Below are positions 1 through 8,594 of a stretch of DNA of 40,287 bases, piece after piece. The notes under the pieces were generated by a model. The model was not told where the DNA came from, ran no database searches, and saw nothing but the letters and a program-made list of their open reading frames with translations. Where the stretch lies: positions 1 to 40,287 of the forward strand of contig JAWCPB010000006.1 in NCBI GenBank assembly GCA_038870455.1, given 5' to 3'. The position numbers and the translations under genes were made by a program. How positions within the stretch are numbered: the stretch's first letter is position 1; the number at the start of each line of letters is the position of its first letter. The stretch is from Candidatus Micrarchaeia archaeon (GTDB lineage: Archaea > Micrarchaeota > Micrarchaeia > Burarchaeales > JACRGF01).

Positions 1-415
1 TTCCAATTACTACTGCAAACGTTACAGACAGCAATATCCTAAAAACAGCAAGATCCCATCCAATCAATGCTCCAGTATAAATTATAGCAAGAAGATTTGT
101 AGCAGGGGCGGTGTATAAGAAAGCTATTGCAGGACCTATACCAGCTCCTTTCTTTTTTATTCCTGCAAATAAAGGCAAGATCGTGCATGAGCAAACAGCT
201 AATAGCAATCCAGCAACTACTGACAAAGGATATGCTATATGTTTTGGAGAATTCTTACCAAGATATTTGAGGATCTTTTCTTTTGGCAAGATAGCTGACA
301 TAGCACCAGCGATAAAGAAAGCTGGAATCAAGCAAGTCAAGACATGTGCTCCTAAATAATCAAAGAGTGCATAGATTCCACTATTAATTGCCTTTAGGGC
401 GATATCTTGAATCAT
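1..415 (-). CDS. ArsP/DUF318-family permease (partial, runs off the window's left edge; absent from the ORF track)
   Basis: Manual translation from the ATG at 415: MIQDIALKAINSGIYALFDYLGAHVLTCLIPAFFIAGAMSAILPKEKILKYLG...LLLAVCSCTILPLFAGIKKKGAGIGPAIAFLYTAPATNLLAI. It has the family CSC..LP and GA..GPA.AFL..AP motifs and an ATGA overlap with the upstream ArsR stop. Confidence 0.85.
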   Translation of the reverse strand, partial: MIQDIALKAINSGIYALFDYLGAHVLTCLIPAFFIAGAMSAILPKEKILKYLGKNSPKHIAYPLSVVAGLLLAVCSCTILPLFAGIKKKGAGIGPAIAFLYTAPATNLLAIIYTGALIGWDLAVFRILLSVTFAVVIG

Positions 416-669
416 TTGCTCATCTTCTTTACAATTCTTATCATATCAATAATTTTTGGATTTACAAGACTGTAGATGACCATCCTTCCCTCTTTTCTTG
501 ACTTTATTATGCCTGCATTTTCAAGGACTCGCAAATGTTGTGAAATAGTTGGTTGAGCTTTTTTGGTAAGAGGGACGAACTCGCATGCACAAATTTCCCC
601 TTTCTCTAGAAGTTCTACTATCTTTAATCTTGTTGGATCTGAAAGTGCTTTAAAAATTTTTGACGACAT
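412..669 (-). CDS. ArsR/SmtB-family transcriptional repressor (85 aa)
   Basis: MSSKIFKALSDPTRLKIVELL-EICACE-QPTISQHLRVLENAGII-RKEGRMVIYSL is a classic ArsR winged HTH with a CxC metal site. The true start is the ATG at 669; the ORF-track extension to 915 is spurious. Confidence 0.93.
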   Translation of the reverse strand: MSSKIFKALSDPTRLKIVELLEKGEICACEFVPLTKKAQPTISQHLRVLENAGIIKSRKEGRMVIYSLVNPKIIDMIRIVKKMSK

Positions 670-676
670 TTTAAAT

Positions 677-704
677 ATATTGTTATATTCGAATATATAA
701 ATAT
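677..704. promoter_or_regulatory. Palindromic ArsR operator candidate overlapping an AT-rich promoter
   Basis: Perfect 14-bp palindrome TATATTCGAATATA at 684-697, extendable to 677-704 with two mismatched pairs, lying 8-35 nt upstream of the arsR ATG. Confidence 0.65.
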
Positions 705-709
705 TATGG

Positions 710-1046
710 TTATGGCGGGTATGCTCTGAGGAGTTGGGCCATTGTTCTCTTTGGGATTCCAGCGATGAAAGCAGCGTGCGCCGGTCAATGCTGCGGCATG
801 GCCTTCTGAAGTTCTTCACGAAGAAGAACAGGGTGAAGAGAGCTCTCCGCGGCTTCCAGAGTGCGGAATGCGCAGCTTGTTTGTTGGGCACCAGACGATA
901 ATGAGGTACATCCACTGCTTGTTTATCCTCACTAACGTCTCATCCACATGCCACTTCGGAGACATTGCCGGCTCTATTTTTGGAATCCAAGGGCTCTTTG
1001 CTCCTCTCTGAACCCAGTAAAACACTGCCGTGTGAGAGGCTTTCAC
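710..1046 (-). mobile_element. Decayed IS6-like DDE transposase remnant (internally deleted, frameshifted)
   Basis: SHTAVFYWVQR...KWHVDETLVRINKQWMYL matches the IS6 N-terminal/first-Asp motif. Other frames give the C-terminal pieces FRTLEAAE, LFFFVKNFRRP and T(P)AFIAGIP...PP-stop (TAA at 710-712). The central catalytic region is missing. Confidence 0.75.
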
Positions 1047-1054
1047 GTCAAAGT

Positions 1055-1210
1055 ACTGCAGCAGCAGGCGTGCACGACGAGCAGGTGGTGAACGCGCTTT
1101 CCTTTTTCATGGACGGCGTTTTCGAGACGCGACTCGTGCCCACGGACGGGGACTTCAGGCGCGAGTTCCGCGTCATGACTCTCAAGAATGCCGCGCACAG
1201 GCTGGAATGA
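1055..1210 (+). pseudogene. C-terminal fragment of a KaiC/RAD55-like ATPase domain protein
   Basis: GVHDEQVVNALSFFMDGVFETRL...RREFRVMTLKNAAH resembles the C-terminus of archaeal KaiC/RAD55 proteins. There is no N-terminus or Walker motif, and the fragment abuts the IS remnant. Confidence 0.55.
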
Positions 1211-1383
1211 TTTTACTCGCTGTCGTGGCCTCGGTTGAAGCGATGGAAGAGTTCGGGCTCGTTTCAGGGCCCTACGCCCACTTGGCTTTTGACCTGGCGC
1301 TGACTGGCGCTGTCCTGGCGTTCTCTGCAGCGGCGTGGAAGTTCCACAAGGCTTTTGTGAAAGAAAAAAGAATGCTCTTATAG
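1207..1383 (+). CDS. Small (58 aa) hydrophobic membrane protein or gene fragment
   Basis: MILLAVVASVEAMEEFGLVSGPYAHLAFDLALTGAVLAFSAAAWKFHKAFVKEKRMLL has a hydrophobic helix and a basic tail, with an ATGA overlap with the preceding stop. It is below the ORF-track size cutoff. Confidence 0.4.
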   Translation: MILLAVVASVEAMEEFGLVSGPYAHLAFDLALTGAVLAFSAAAWKFHKAFVKEKRMLL

Positions 1384-1404
1384 CCTGCGCGCAAAAGGCC
1401 TTTC

Positions 1405-2253
1405 ATGCAAAAGCTGCCTCCTCCGCCAAGCGCGCTGTTGTTCGGCACCGCGGGCATTCCGCTCTCCACGCAGCCGCACGACACGTTGCACGGCATCGCG
1501 CAGGTTGCAAAGCTCGGGCTGGGCGCCATGGAGCTCGAGTTCGTTAGAAGCGTTAACGTGAGCAAAGAGGCCGCCCAGCAAGTGAAAGCAGCCGCCGAGC
1601 AACACGCCGTTTCCCTCACCGCGCACGGCACTTACTTCGTGAATCTCAACGCAAAGGAAAAAGACAAGCTCAAGGCAGGCGTTGCAAAAATACTTCTCGG
1701 CGCGGAGCGCCTGTGGGAATGCGGGGGCCGTAGCATCGCCTTTCATCCAGCCTACTACATGGGTGATGCTCCCGAAGTCGCCTATAAGAATGTGAAAAAA
1801 CAGGTGGAGGCGATGGTGAGCGAGCTCAGGCACAAGGGCGTTCCAGTCCAGCTGCGCCTGGAGACCACGGGCAGGCCCTCCCAGTTCGGCACGCTTGAGG
1901 AGATATGCGGTCTGTGCCAGGAAGTCGAGGGCGTGCTGCCGTGCATTGACTGGGCTCACCTGCATGCCAGGAGGGGCAAAAACAATTCCTTCGAGGAATT
2001 CCGTGCCATCCTCTCCAAGCTCGAAAAATCTCTCGGAAAAAGCATTTTGCATGACCTGCACTGCCACGTTGAGGGAATCACCTACAGCGCCAAGGGTGAG
2101 CTCAAGCACGTGAATCTGCCCCAGAGCGACTTCCGCTTCAAGGAGCTGCTGGCCGCGCTCAAGGAATTCAAGTGCGCGGGCATCGTCATCAGCGAGTCGC
2201 CAAACATTGAGGGAGACGCGCTGCTCATGAAAAAAGCATTCGAAGCCACGTGA
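1405..2253 (+). CDS. nfo: Endonuclease IV family AP endonuclease (TIM barrel, archaeal type)
   Basis: FGTAG, MELEFVR, HGTYFVNLN, FHPAYY, ETTGRPSQFG, CIDWAHLHAR, HCHVEGI, ISESP metal-ligand motifs. Confidence 0.85.
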   Translation: MQKLPPPPSALLFGTAGIPLSTQPHDTLHGIAQVAKLGLGAMELEFVRSVNVSKEAAQQVKAAAEQHAVSLTAHGTYFVNLNAKEKDKLKAGVAKILLGAERLWECGGRSIAFHPAYYMGDAPEVAYKNVKKQVEAMVSELRHKGVPVQLRLETTGRPSQFGTLEEICGLCQEVEGVLPCIDWAHLHARRGKNNSFEEFRAILSKLEKSLGKSILHDLHCHVEGITYSAKGELKHVNLPQSDFRFKELLAALKEFKCAGIVISESPNIEGDALLMKKAFEAT

Positions 2254-2263
2254 GTTGTTTGAG

Positions 2264-2590
2264 ATGGAAGTGCGGACCGAAGCCGAGCTGGCGCGCGTTC
2301 TTGCGAAAGAAAAGCGCGTGGCGGCCTTGTTCTATGCCACATGGTGCCCGTTCTGCCGCGCCTTCCTGCCGGTGTTTCGCGCCGCCGAGCTAGAGGGCTG
2401 GAGCCGGCTGGAGGTCGTCATCGACGAGGACGACAACCCCCTCTGGGAAAAGTACTCAATAAACATCGTCCCCACCGTCCTGTTTTTCGAGAACGGAAAA
2501 ATTTCCCTGCGGCTTGACGGCAGGGCAGGGCGAGGGCTTTCGGGAGAGGAGCTGGAGGCCACGATAGAAAAGCTCAAGGGAAAAGCTTAA
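2264..2590 (+). CDS. Thioredoxin
   Basis: FYATWCPFC active site and IVPTVLFFENG cis-Pro motif. ATG at 2264; TTG at 2255 is an alternative start. Confidence 0.88.
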   Translation: MEVRTEAELARVLAKEKRVAALFYATWCPFCRAFLPVFRAAELEGWSRLEVVIDEDDNPLWEKYSINIVPTVLFFENGKISLRLDGRAGRGLSGEELEATIEKLKGKA

Positions 2591-2614
2591 TAGGCTTAGA
2601 GTCGTTGCATCTGC

Positions 2615-2869
2615 ATGGCTGGCTACAGGATTGAGCACGACCGGCCGAACTGCATTGGATGCGCCGCATGCGCGACCGTGTGCCCCGAGTTCTGGAGCAT
2701 GGGCGACGACGGCAAGAGCGTCGTCAAGGGGGGAAAGAAGCGGAGCGACGGGTGGGAAGAGCGCGAGATCAACGACGGGGACTACGAGTGCAACAAGAGC
2801 GCGGCCGATTCCTGCCCGGTGAACGTCATCCACCTGTTCAAGAAGGACACGGGCGAGAAAATAATCTGA
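2615..2869 (+). CDS. Single-cluster [4Fe-4S]/[3Fe-4S] ferredoxin
   Basis: CIGCAACATVCP and distal AADSCPVNVI; directly upstream of the OFOR genes. Confidence 0.92.
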   Translation: MAGYRIEHDRPNCIGCAACATVCPEFWSMGDDGKSVVKGGKKRSDGWEEREINDGDYECNKSAADSCPVNVIHLFKKDTGEKII

Positions 2870-2947
2870 TTTTTTTTCTTGTTAGCCTTTTGTCGAATAC
2901 GAATGCATTTAAACATAGTTTGAGCTAAGCAAACAGGGTTTAGACAG

Positions 2948-4699
2948 ATGACGGACGTCGTGTGGAAGATTGGCGGGGAGGCGGGTTACGGCATAGCCTC
3001 CATTGGCCTGACCTTCGCAAAGGCGTGCGCGCGCGGAGGCCTTCACGTTTTCACGGACAGCGGCTATCCCAGCCGCATCAGGGGGGGCCACAACACTTTC
3101 CTCGCCAGAGTGAGCGAGAAGCCCGTTCACGCGCACAGCGACAGGTGCGACATTCTCGTGGCGCTCGATGCCCAGACGATTGAGGAGAACGCGCGCGAGC
3201 TCAACCCTGGCGGCGTGCTGATCTACGACGGGGAGAAGGACGGCCAGGCCGCCAAGAAGGCTGGGCGGACGGACATCGAGCTGTTCAGCGTGCCGTTCAT
3301 CCGCATCGCGAAAGAGCTGGGCGTGGATGTGCTCATGAAGAACACGATTACTTTGGGCGCGAGCATGGCCCTGCTCGACTACGGCGCTGACATCGTTGCC
3401 GAAATGATTCGAAAGACTTACGGCAGGAAGGGACAGGCCATCGTGGATGCCAACATACGGAGCCTGAACGCGGGCTTCGATTACGTGAAGAAAAACTACA
3501 GGGGAAAGTTCTCGAAAAAGCTGCGCAGGGTGGAGGGCGCGCCTCGGCGCATGGTGCTCGACGGCAATGCGGCGATTTCATTGGCTGCCGTGCAGGCAGG
3601 CTGCCGGTTCCTCGCCCAGTACCCCATGACCCCCTCCTCGGCCATTCTCAGCAACCTCGCGTCCATAGAGAGGAAGTACAACATCGTGGTCAAGCAGACC
3701 GAGGACGAGCTCGCCGCAATGAACATGGCCATCGGCGCGGGCTACGCGGGCGTGCGCGCGCTGACCGCAACGAGCGGCGGGGGCTTCAGCCTCATGGCCG
3801 AGGCGCTCGGCCTGGCGGGCTCGGCTGAGGTTCCTGTTGTGATCGTTGAAGGCCAGCGGCCTGGCCCGAGCACGGGCATGCCCACCTGGACTGAGCAGGG
3901 CGACCTGCGCTTTGTCATTCACGCCTCGCAGGGCGAGTTCCCGCGCATCGTGCTCGCGCCCGGCGATGTCGAGGAATGCTACTACAAGACCATCGAGGCC
4001 TTCAACCTGGCCGAGAAATACCAGGTTCCGGCAATCATCCTCACGGACAAGTTCCTCGCCGAAAACTACCAGACGTGCGAGTTCTTCAAGACAGGCAGCG
4101 ACATCCGCATAGAGCGCGGCAAGCTGTTGAGCGATGAGCAGGCCGCCCAGCTGGGCAACGAGGTCAAGCGCTTTGAGTTCACAGAGGACGGCGTCTCCCC
4201 GCGCCCCCTCCCCGGCCAGCCGGGCGGCGTGCACATGGTGGCTGGCGACGAGCACAACGAGTTCGGCGAGATAGATGAGAGCGAGCTGAACCGCACGCGC
4301 ATGATGGACAAAAGGATGAAGAAAATGGAGGGCATTCTCAGGGAGCTCGAACCCCCCAAAGTGCTCGGCAGCAGGAGCGCCTCAGTTACCCTTGTTGGCT
4401 GGGGCTCAACCAAGGGCATCGCGCTGGAGGCCATTGAGATGCTGAAAGACGAAGGCATCGCCGCGAACTACATCCACTTCTGCAACATCTGGCCCTTCAA
4501 GGCGAGGGAGGCGAAATCGCTTCTATCATCCGCAAAAAACCTCGTGCTGCTGGAGAACAACAAGACAGGCCAGCTCGGCGGGCTCATCCGCGAGCAGACG
4601 GGCGTTGAGTTCAGGCACAGGCTGCTCAAGTACTCCGGCAGGCAGCTTTTCCCGAGCGAGGTATTCCATTTCGTCAGGGAGGTGTTCGAGGGTGGCTGA
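2948..4699 (+). CDS. 2-oxoacid:ferredoxin oxidoreductase, alpha (gamma-alpha fusion) subunit
   Basis: GGEAGYGI, YPSRIRGGHN, YPMTPSS, QTEDELAA, TATSGGGFSLM, QRPGPSTGMPT. Confidence 0.95.
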   Translation: MTDVVWKIGGEAGYGIASIGLTFAKACARGGLHVFTDSGYPSRIRGGHNTFLARVSEKPVHAHSDRCDILVALDAQTIEENARELNPGGVLIYDGEKDGQAAKKAGRTDIELFSVPFIRIAKELGVDVLMKNTITLGASMALLDYGADIVAEMIRKTYGRKGQAIVDANIRSLNAGFDYVKKNYRGKFSKKLRRVEGAPRRMVLDGNAAISLAAVQAGCRFLAQYPMTPSSAILSNLASIERKYNIVVKQTEDELAAMNMAIGAGYAGVRALTATSGGGFSLMAEALGLAGSAEVPVVIVEGQRPGPSTGMPTWTEQGDLRFVIHASQGEFPRIVLAPGDVEECYYKTIEAFNLAEKYQVPAIILTDKFLAENYQTCEFFKTGSDIRIERGKLLSDEQAAQLGNEVKRFEFTEDGVSPRPLPGQPGGVHMVAGDEHNEFGEIDESELNRTRMMDKRMKKMEGILRELEPPKVLGSRSASVTLVGWGSTKGIALEAIEMLKDEGIAANYIHFCNIWPFKAREAKSLLSSAKNLVLLENNKTGQLGGLIREQTGVEFRHRLLKYSGRQLFPSEVFHFVREVFEGG

Positions 4700-5585
4700 C
4701 TTGACCGAGGTGAAGAGCACGAGGGGAAAGCTCACCATTCCACAGCTGGGCACGCGCGAGTCCCTCAAGTGGTGCCCAGGCTGCGGCGACTACGCCATCC
4801 TGTTGAGCCTCAAGCAGGCGATCATCGAGCTCGGGCTGTCCCAGCACGAGGTTGTCCTCGTCACGGGCGTGGGGTGCGCGGACAAGCTCGCCCACAGCGT
4901 CAAAGTCTACGGCATGCACTCGCTGCACGGCCGTGAGATTCCCGTGGCTTTGGGCATAAAGCTGGCCAACCACACCCTGACGGTCATCGCGCAGGCGGGC
5001 GACGGCGATGTTTACGGCATCGGCATGGGGCACTTCATTCACGCCTGCCGCCGCAATCTTGACATAACCTGCCTCGTTCACGACAACATGGTGTATGGCC
5101 TGACCAAGGGCCAGTACTCGCCAACTTCCAGGAAAGGGTTCAAGACGACGAGCTCTCCTCACGGAAGCATCGAGTATCCGATAAACCCGATTTCCCTCGC
5201 ACTTTCATCCGGAGCCTCGTTTGTCGCGAGGACGTTCGCGGGCAATGTCCCGCACATGACGAAGACAATCGTCGCCGCCGTGAAGCACAAGGGCTTCGCG
5301 CTCATTGACGTCCTGCAGCCTTGCGTGACCTACAACCACGAGCAGACCTACGACTTCTACCAGAAGCGCGTCTACGACCTGCAGGAGGCCGGCCACAACG
5401 CGGGCGACAGGGCGGCCGCGCTCGCCAAGGCAGAGGAGTGGGGCGAGCGCATACCGATAGGCATCTTCTACCAGGAGGAGAAGCCGACTTATGAGGGCGA
5501 GCTCCCCCAGCTGAAAGCCGCTCCGCTGGCGCGCCAGCCCATCGAAGGCATAGACATCACGCCCCTCATGGAGCTATACCTTTAA
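4692..5585 (+). CDS. 2-oxoacid:ferredoxin oxidoreductase, beta subunit
   Basis: WCPGCGD, GVGC, HSLHGR, TPP-binding GDGD...DNMVYGLTKGQYSPT, LQPCVTYN. GTG start at 4692 overlaps the alpha stop. Confidence 0.95.
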   Translation: MADLTEVKSTRGKLTIPQLGTRESLKWCPGCGDYAILLSLKQAIIELGLSQHEVVLVTGVGCADKLAHSVKVYGMHSLHGREIPVALGIKLANHTLTVIAQAGDGDVYGIGMGHFIHACRRNLDITCLVHDNMVYGLTKGQYSPTSRKGFKTTSSPHGSIEYPINPISLALSSGASFVARTFAGNVPHMTKTIVAAVKHKGFALIDVLQPCVTYNHEQTYDFYQKRVYDLQEAGHNAGDRAAALAKAEEWGERIPIGIFYQEEKPTYEGELPQLKAAPLARQPIEGIDITPLMELYL

Positions 5586-5613
5586 TAGCTCTGTTCCTCC
5601 ATTACCCGCTTTC

Positions 5614-6348
5614 GTGAAGCTTGAGGGAAAGACCGCTGTCGTCACCGGCGGAGCGCGCCGCATCGGCAGGGCGATTTCGCTCGCGCTCGCGGCAGAGGGA
5701 ATGAACCTCGTTGTGGATTACAACCGCAGCAGGCGCGAGGCCAAGGAAACGGTCAGGGAAGCAAAGGCTCTCGGGGCGAACGCCATTCACATAAAAGCCG
5801 ACGTCACGCGGGAAAAGGATGTCGAGAGCCTCTTTAAGAAAACGCTGCGCGCCTTCGGCCGCGTTGATGCTCTCGTCAACAACGCCGCGCTGTTCGAGCG
5901 AGCGCACATCGCCTCCATGCCCCTCACCTCCTGGGAAAAGACGATTCAGACCAACCTCACCGGCGTCTTCCTGTGCTCGAGGGAAGCAGCGCGCGTCATG
6001 CTCTCTCAGGCGCACGGCGGCAAGATAGTCAACATCGCCGACTGGACTCCCGAGCAGCCCATAAAAGGCTACTCGCACTACAGCGCCTCGAAAGCAGGCG
6101 TGGTGGCGCTCACGCGGGCTCTCGCGCTTGAGCTCGCCCCCAAAATAACGGTCAATTGCGTCGCCGCAGGCACCATTCTTCTGCCCAAGCACTACGGTCC
6201 CACTTACGCGAACACGATACTCAAGAGCATTCCGCTCAAGCGCTTCGGCACGCCCGAGGAAGTCGCCGACGCGGTCATCTTCCTGCTCGAAAACGATTAC
6301 GCTACAGGCTCTGTTCTGACGATAGACGGCGGAAGAAGCCTTGTCTAG
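5614..6348 (+). CDS. Short-chain dehydrogenase/reductase (pteridine reductase/FolM-like or FabG-like)
   Basis: TGGARRIG, VNNAALF, IVNIADW, YSASK, IDGG. Confidence 0.85.
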   Translation: MKLEGKTAVVTGGARRIGRAISLALAAEGMNLVVDYNRSRREAKETVREAKALGANAIHIKADVTREKDVESLFKKTLRAFGRVDALVNNAALFERAHIASMPLTSWEKTIQTNLTGVFLCSREAARVMLSQAHGGKIVNIADWTPEQPIKGYSHYSASKAGVVALTRALALELAPKITVNCVAAGTILLPKHYGPTYANTILKSIPLKRFGTPEEVADAVIFLLENDYATGSVLTIDGGRSLV

Positions 6349-7293
6349 TCATTCGGTCTGGCAGACGAACTCTCCTGCGCTGACATACTGGTAGGCGCTG
6401 TAGGCCGCGGCCACTCCCTCGCCCGCGCCAGTGATGGCCTGCTTGAAGCGCGTGTCGCACACGTCGCCTGCAGCGAACACGCCAGGAATGTTTGTCCTGC
6501 CCTCCCTGTCGATGACGATCTCGCCCTTCTCGTTCAGCTTCACGCCAAGCGCGCTGGCCAGCGCGCTGGCCGGCGCATGGCCTATCTCGATGAACAGCCC
6601 ATCAAGGGCCATCTCTGTTTTTCCGTTGAGCGGGCGGTCGAACACGATGCCGCGCATCTTTGTGTCGCCCCTTATTTCCTTTATCTGAATTTTGAGCACC
6701 ACCTCAATTTTTTTGTTTGCCCCGAGCCTCTCCAGGTTTATTGGCTCGGCCCGAAGCCTCTCCCCTCTGGCAAAAATATACACCTTGTCGGCGTATTCGG
6801 TCAGCACGAGAGCCTCTTTGACGGCTCCGTCGCTGCCTCCGACCACTCCGACGGTTTTCCCTCTGAAGAAAGCCCCGTCGCACAGCGCGCAGTAGCTCAC
6901 CCCCTTCCCCCCAAACTCCGCCTCCCCAGGCACGCCGAGCTTCCTCCTCTCCGTGCCGGTCGCCAGGATGACGGCCTTTGTGGTGAACTCCTGTCCCCCT
7001 TCGGTCCTCGCCCTGAAGCAATTCTTTCCCACGGGCTTTATCTCAACGACCTTGTCAGAAAAGATTTCCGCGCCGAATTTTTGCGCGTGCTCCCGCAGCC
7101 TGTCCGCGAGCTCCATGCCCGTCACGCCGACAAAGCCGGGGTAATTCTCCACCTCGTTAGTGAGCGTGATCGCCCCTCCAGGAACCTCGCCAACGACTGC
7201 GGTCTTCAACCTGAAGCGCCCTGCGTACATCGCGGCTGCCAGGCCGGCCACGCCAGCGCCAACTACCAGCACATCGTAAAGCTTATCCGCCAT
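6349..7293 (-). CDS. trxB: Thioredoxin-disulfide reductase
   Basis: GAGVAG FAD motif, VENYPGF, GVSYCALCDG, VGGSDGA, VFAAGD...KQAITGAGEG. Confidence 0.93.
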   Translation of the reverse strand: MADKLYDVLVVGAGVAGLAAAMYAGRFRLKTAVVGEVPGGAITLTNEVENYPGFVGVTGMELADRLREHAQKFGAEIFSDKVVEIKPVGKNCFRARTEGGQEFTTKAVILATGTERRKLGVPGEAEFGGKGVSYCALCDGAFFRGKTVGVVGGSDGAVKEALVLTEYADKVYIFARGERLRAEPINLERLGANKKIEVVLKIQIKEIRGDTKMRGIVFDRPLNGKTEMALDGLFIEIGHAPASALASALGVKLNEKGEIVIDREGRTNIPGVFAAGDVCDTRFKQAITGAGEGVAAAYSAYQYVSAGEFVCQTE

Positions 7294-7325
7294 GCGCTTC
7301 TCTTTGCTAGCAGCATTAAAAATAG

Positions 7326-8561
7326 CTATGCAAGCAGGAGCCTGAGCAGGAAAAGCGGCGATGAGAATGTCCCGCGCGCGGCCACGTCAGTGAAGGTCGT
7401 GCTTATCGTCTCCCTTATCTCCCTGCTTCTCGCGGCCTTGTCTATGATGAGGTTGAGCAGGAGCCTGTGTTTTCCGAGCCTCTGCAGTTTGTAGTTCATC
7501 TGCAGCTCCGGGTCGAGCTCCCTGTGAAGCGCGGCCTCGTATTCCGCCAGCGCCCCCTCGCTCACGTCGCCGGCCTTGAGCGCCCTGTCGATGACCTCGC
7601 TGGCCAGCTTGCCGGCGCTCATGGCGTTGCCCATGCCCTCCCCAGTGAATGGATCGACGAGCGCCGCGGCATCGCCCACGAGCAGCGCGCCAGCCGCGTG
7701 CGGCTTTCTCCTCCGGCTTCCGAAGGGAAGCGTCCATCCCTTGACCTCGCTGGCCAGCCGCGCGCCCGCGAACCTCTCTTTGAAAACCGGGTGCTTCTCT
7801 ATGATGTCGAACATGCTCTGCCGCAGGTTCACCTTCCTCGCCTTCATCTCGCTCGTCACCATGCCGACGCCCACGTTGGCGAGCCCGTCATCGAGCGGGA
7901 AAATCCAGAAGTACCCAGGTATGAGTGATTCGACGAAGTGAATTTCAATGTTTCCGGTCAGTCCCTTCACGTTTTTGTAATAAGCCCTGGCCGCCACGCA
8001 CGAGTGCTCCTCGGGCTGCGTTTCCCTCCCGAGCGCCCTCGCCACGACGCTCGTCGCCCCGTCCGCCCCCACCACGATCTTCGAGCGAAATTCCTTCTGC
8101 GCCTTTGTTTTCAGGTCAGTTCCCTTCACCCCGACGGCTCTTCCGCCTTCAAACAGCAGGTCGGTCACCAAAAAGTTCTCGCGCGCTTCCGCAACCTCCT
8201 TCTTCGCGTTCCTGAATAAGATGTTGTCGAGCACCTCCCTCCGGCAACAGTAGCCCGCGTAGGCCGCGCCCGTGCTGTCGGTCTTCGGGAACGGAATCTC
8301 CACCATCGTCCCCTTCGGGTTGCTGAAAACAACGCCCGTTATGTCCGCGTGCGGCGCCTTTTCAATTTCCTTGACGACACCGAGCTCCCTCAGCACCTTG
8401 AGCGACTTCCCGCTCACCGCGTCGCCGCACGTCTTGTCCCTCGGGAACTTGGCCTTGTCAAGGAGAAGGACCTTCCAGCCCTTTCTCGCGGTGAGCGCCG
8501 CGGTCGCGCTTCCGCCAGGCCCTCCCCCGACAACAATTATATCAAACTCGTGATAAGACAT
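7326..8561 (-). CDS. Geranylgeranyl reductase family flavoprotein
   Basis: VGGGPGG, FPRDKTCGD, GADG, GYFWIFP, LVGDAAALVDPFTGEGM. Confidence 0.9.
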   Translation of the reverse strand: MSYHEFDIIVVGGGPGGSATAALTARKGWKVLLLDKAKFPRDKTCGDAVSGKSLKVLRELGVVKEIEKAPHADITGVVFSNPKGTMVEIPFPKTDSTGAAYAGYCCRREVLDNILFRNAKKEVAEARENFLVTDLLFEGGRAVGVKGTDLKTKAQKEFRSKIVVGADGATSVVARALGRETQPEEHSCVAARAYYKNVKGLTGNIEIHFVESLIPGYFWIFPLDDGLANVGVGMVTSEMKARKVNLRQSMFDIIEKHPVFKERFAGARLASEVKGWTLPFGSRRRKPHAAGALLVGDAAALVDPFTGEGMGNAMSAGKLASEVIDRALKAGDVSEGALAEYEAALHRELDPELQMNYKLQRLGKHRLLLNLIIDKAARSREIRETISTTFTDVAARGTFSSPLFLLRLLLA

Positions 8562-8594
8562 GCAACTCCCTATAGGTTGGGAAAAAATTTAAAT

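Noticed and set aside
670-915. N-terminal extension of ArsR in the ORF track, suggesting a fusion protein
   Set aside because: It is read-through across the operator and the IS remnant; the ArsR domain begins at ATG 669. The ORF-track extensions of OFOR beta, lpdA, glmM, MEMO1, fni and nreA were trimmed for the same reason.
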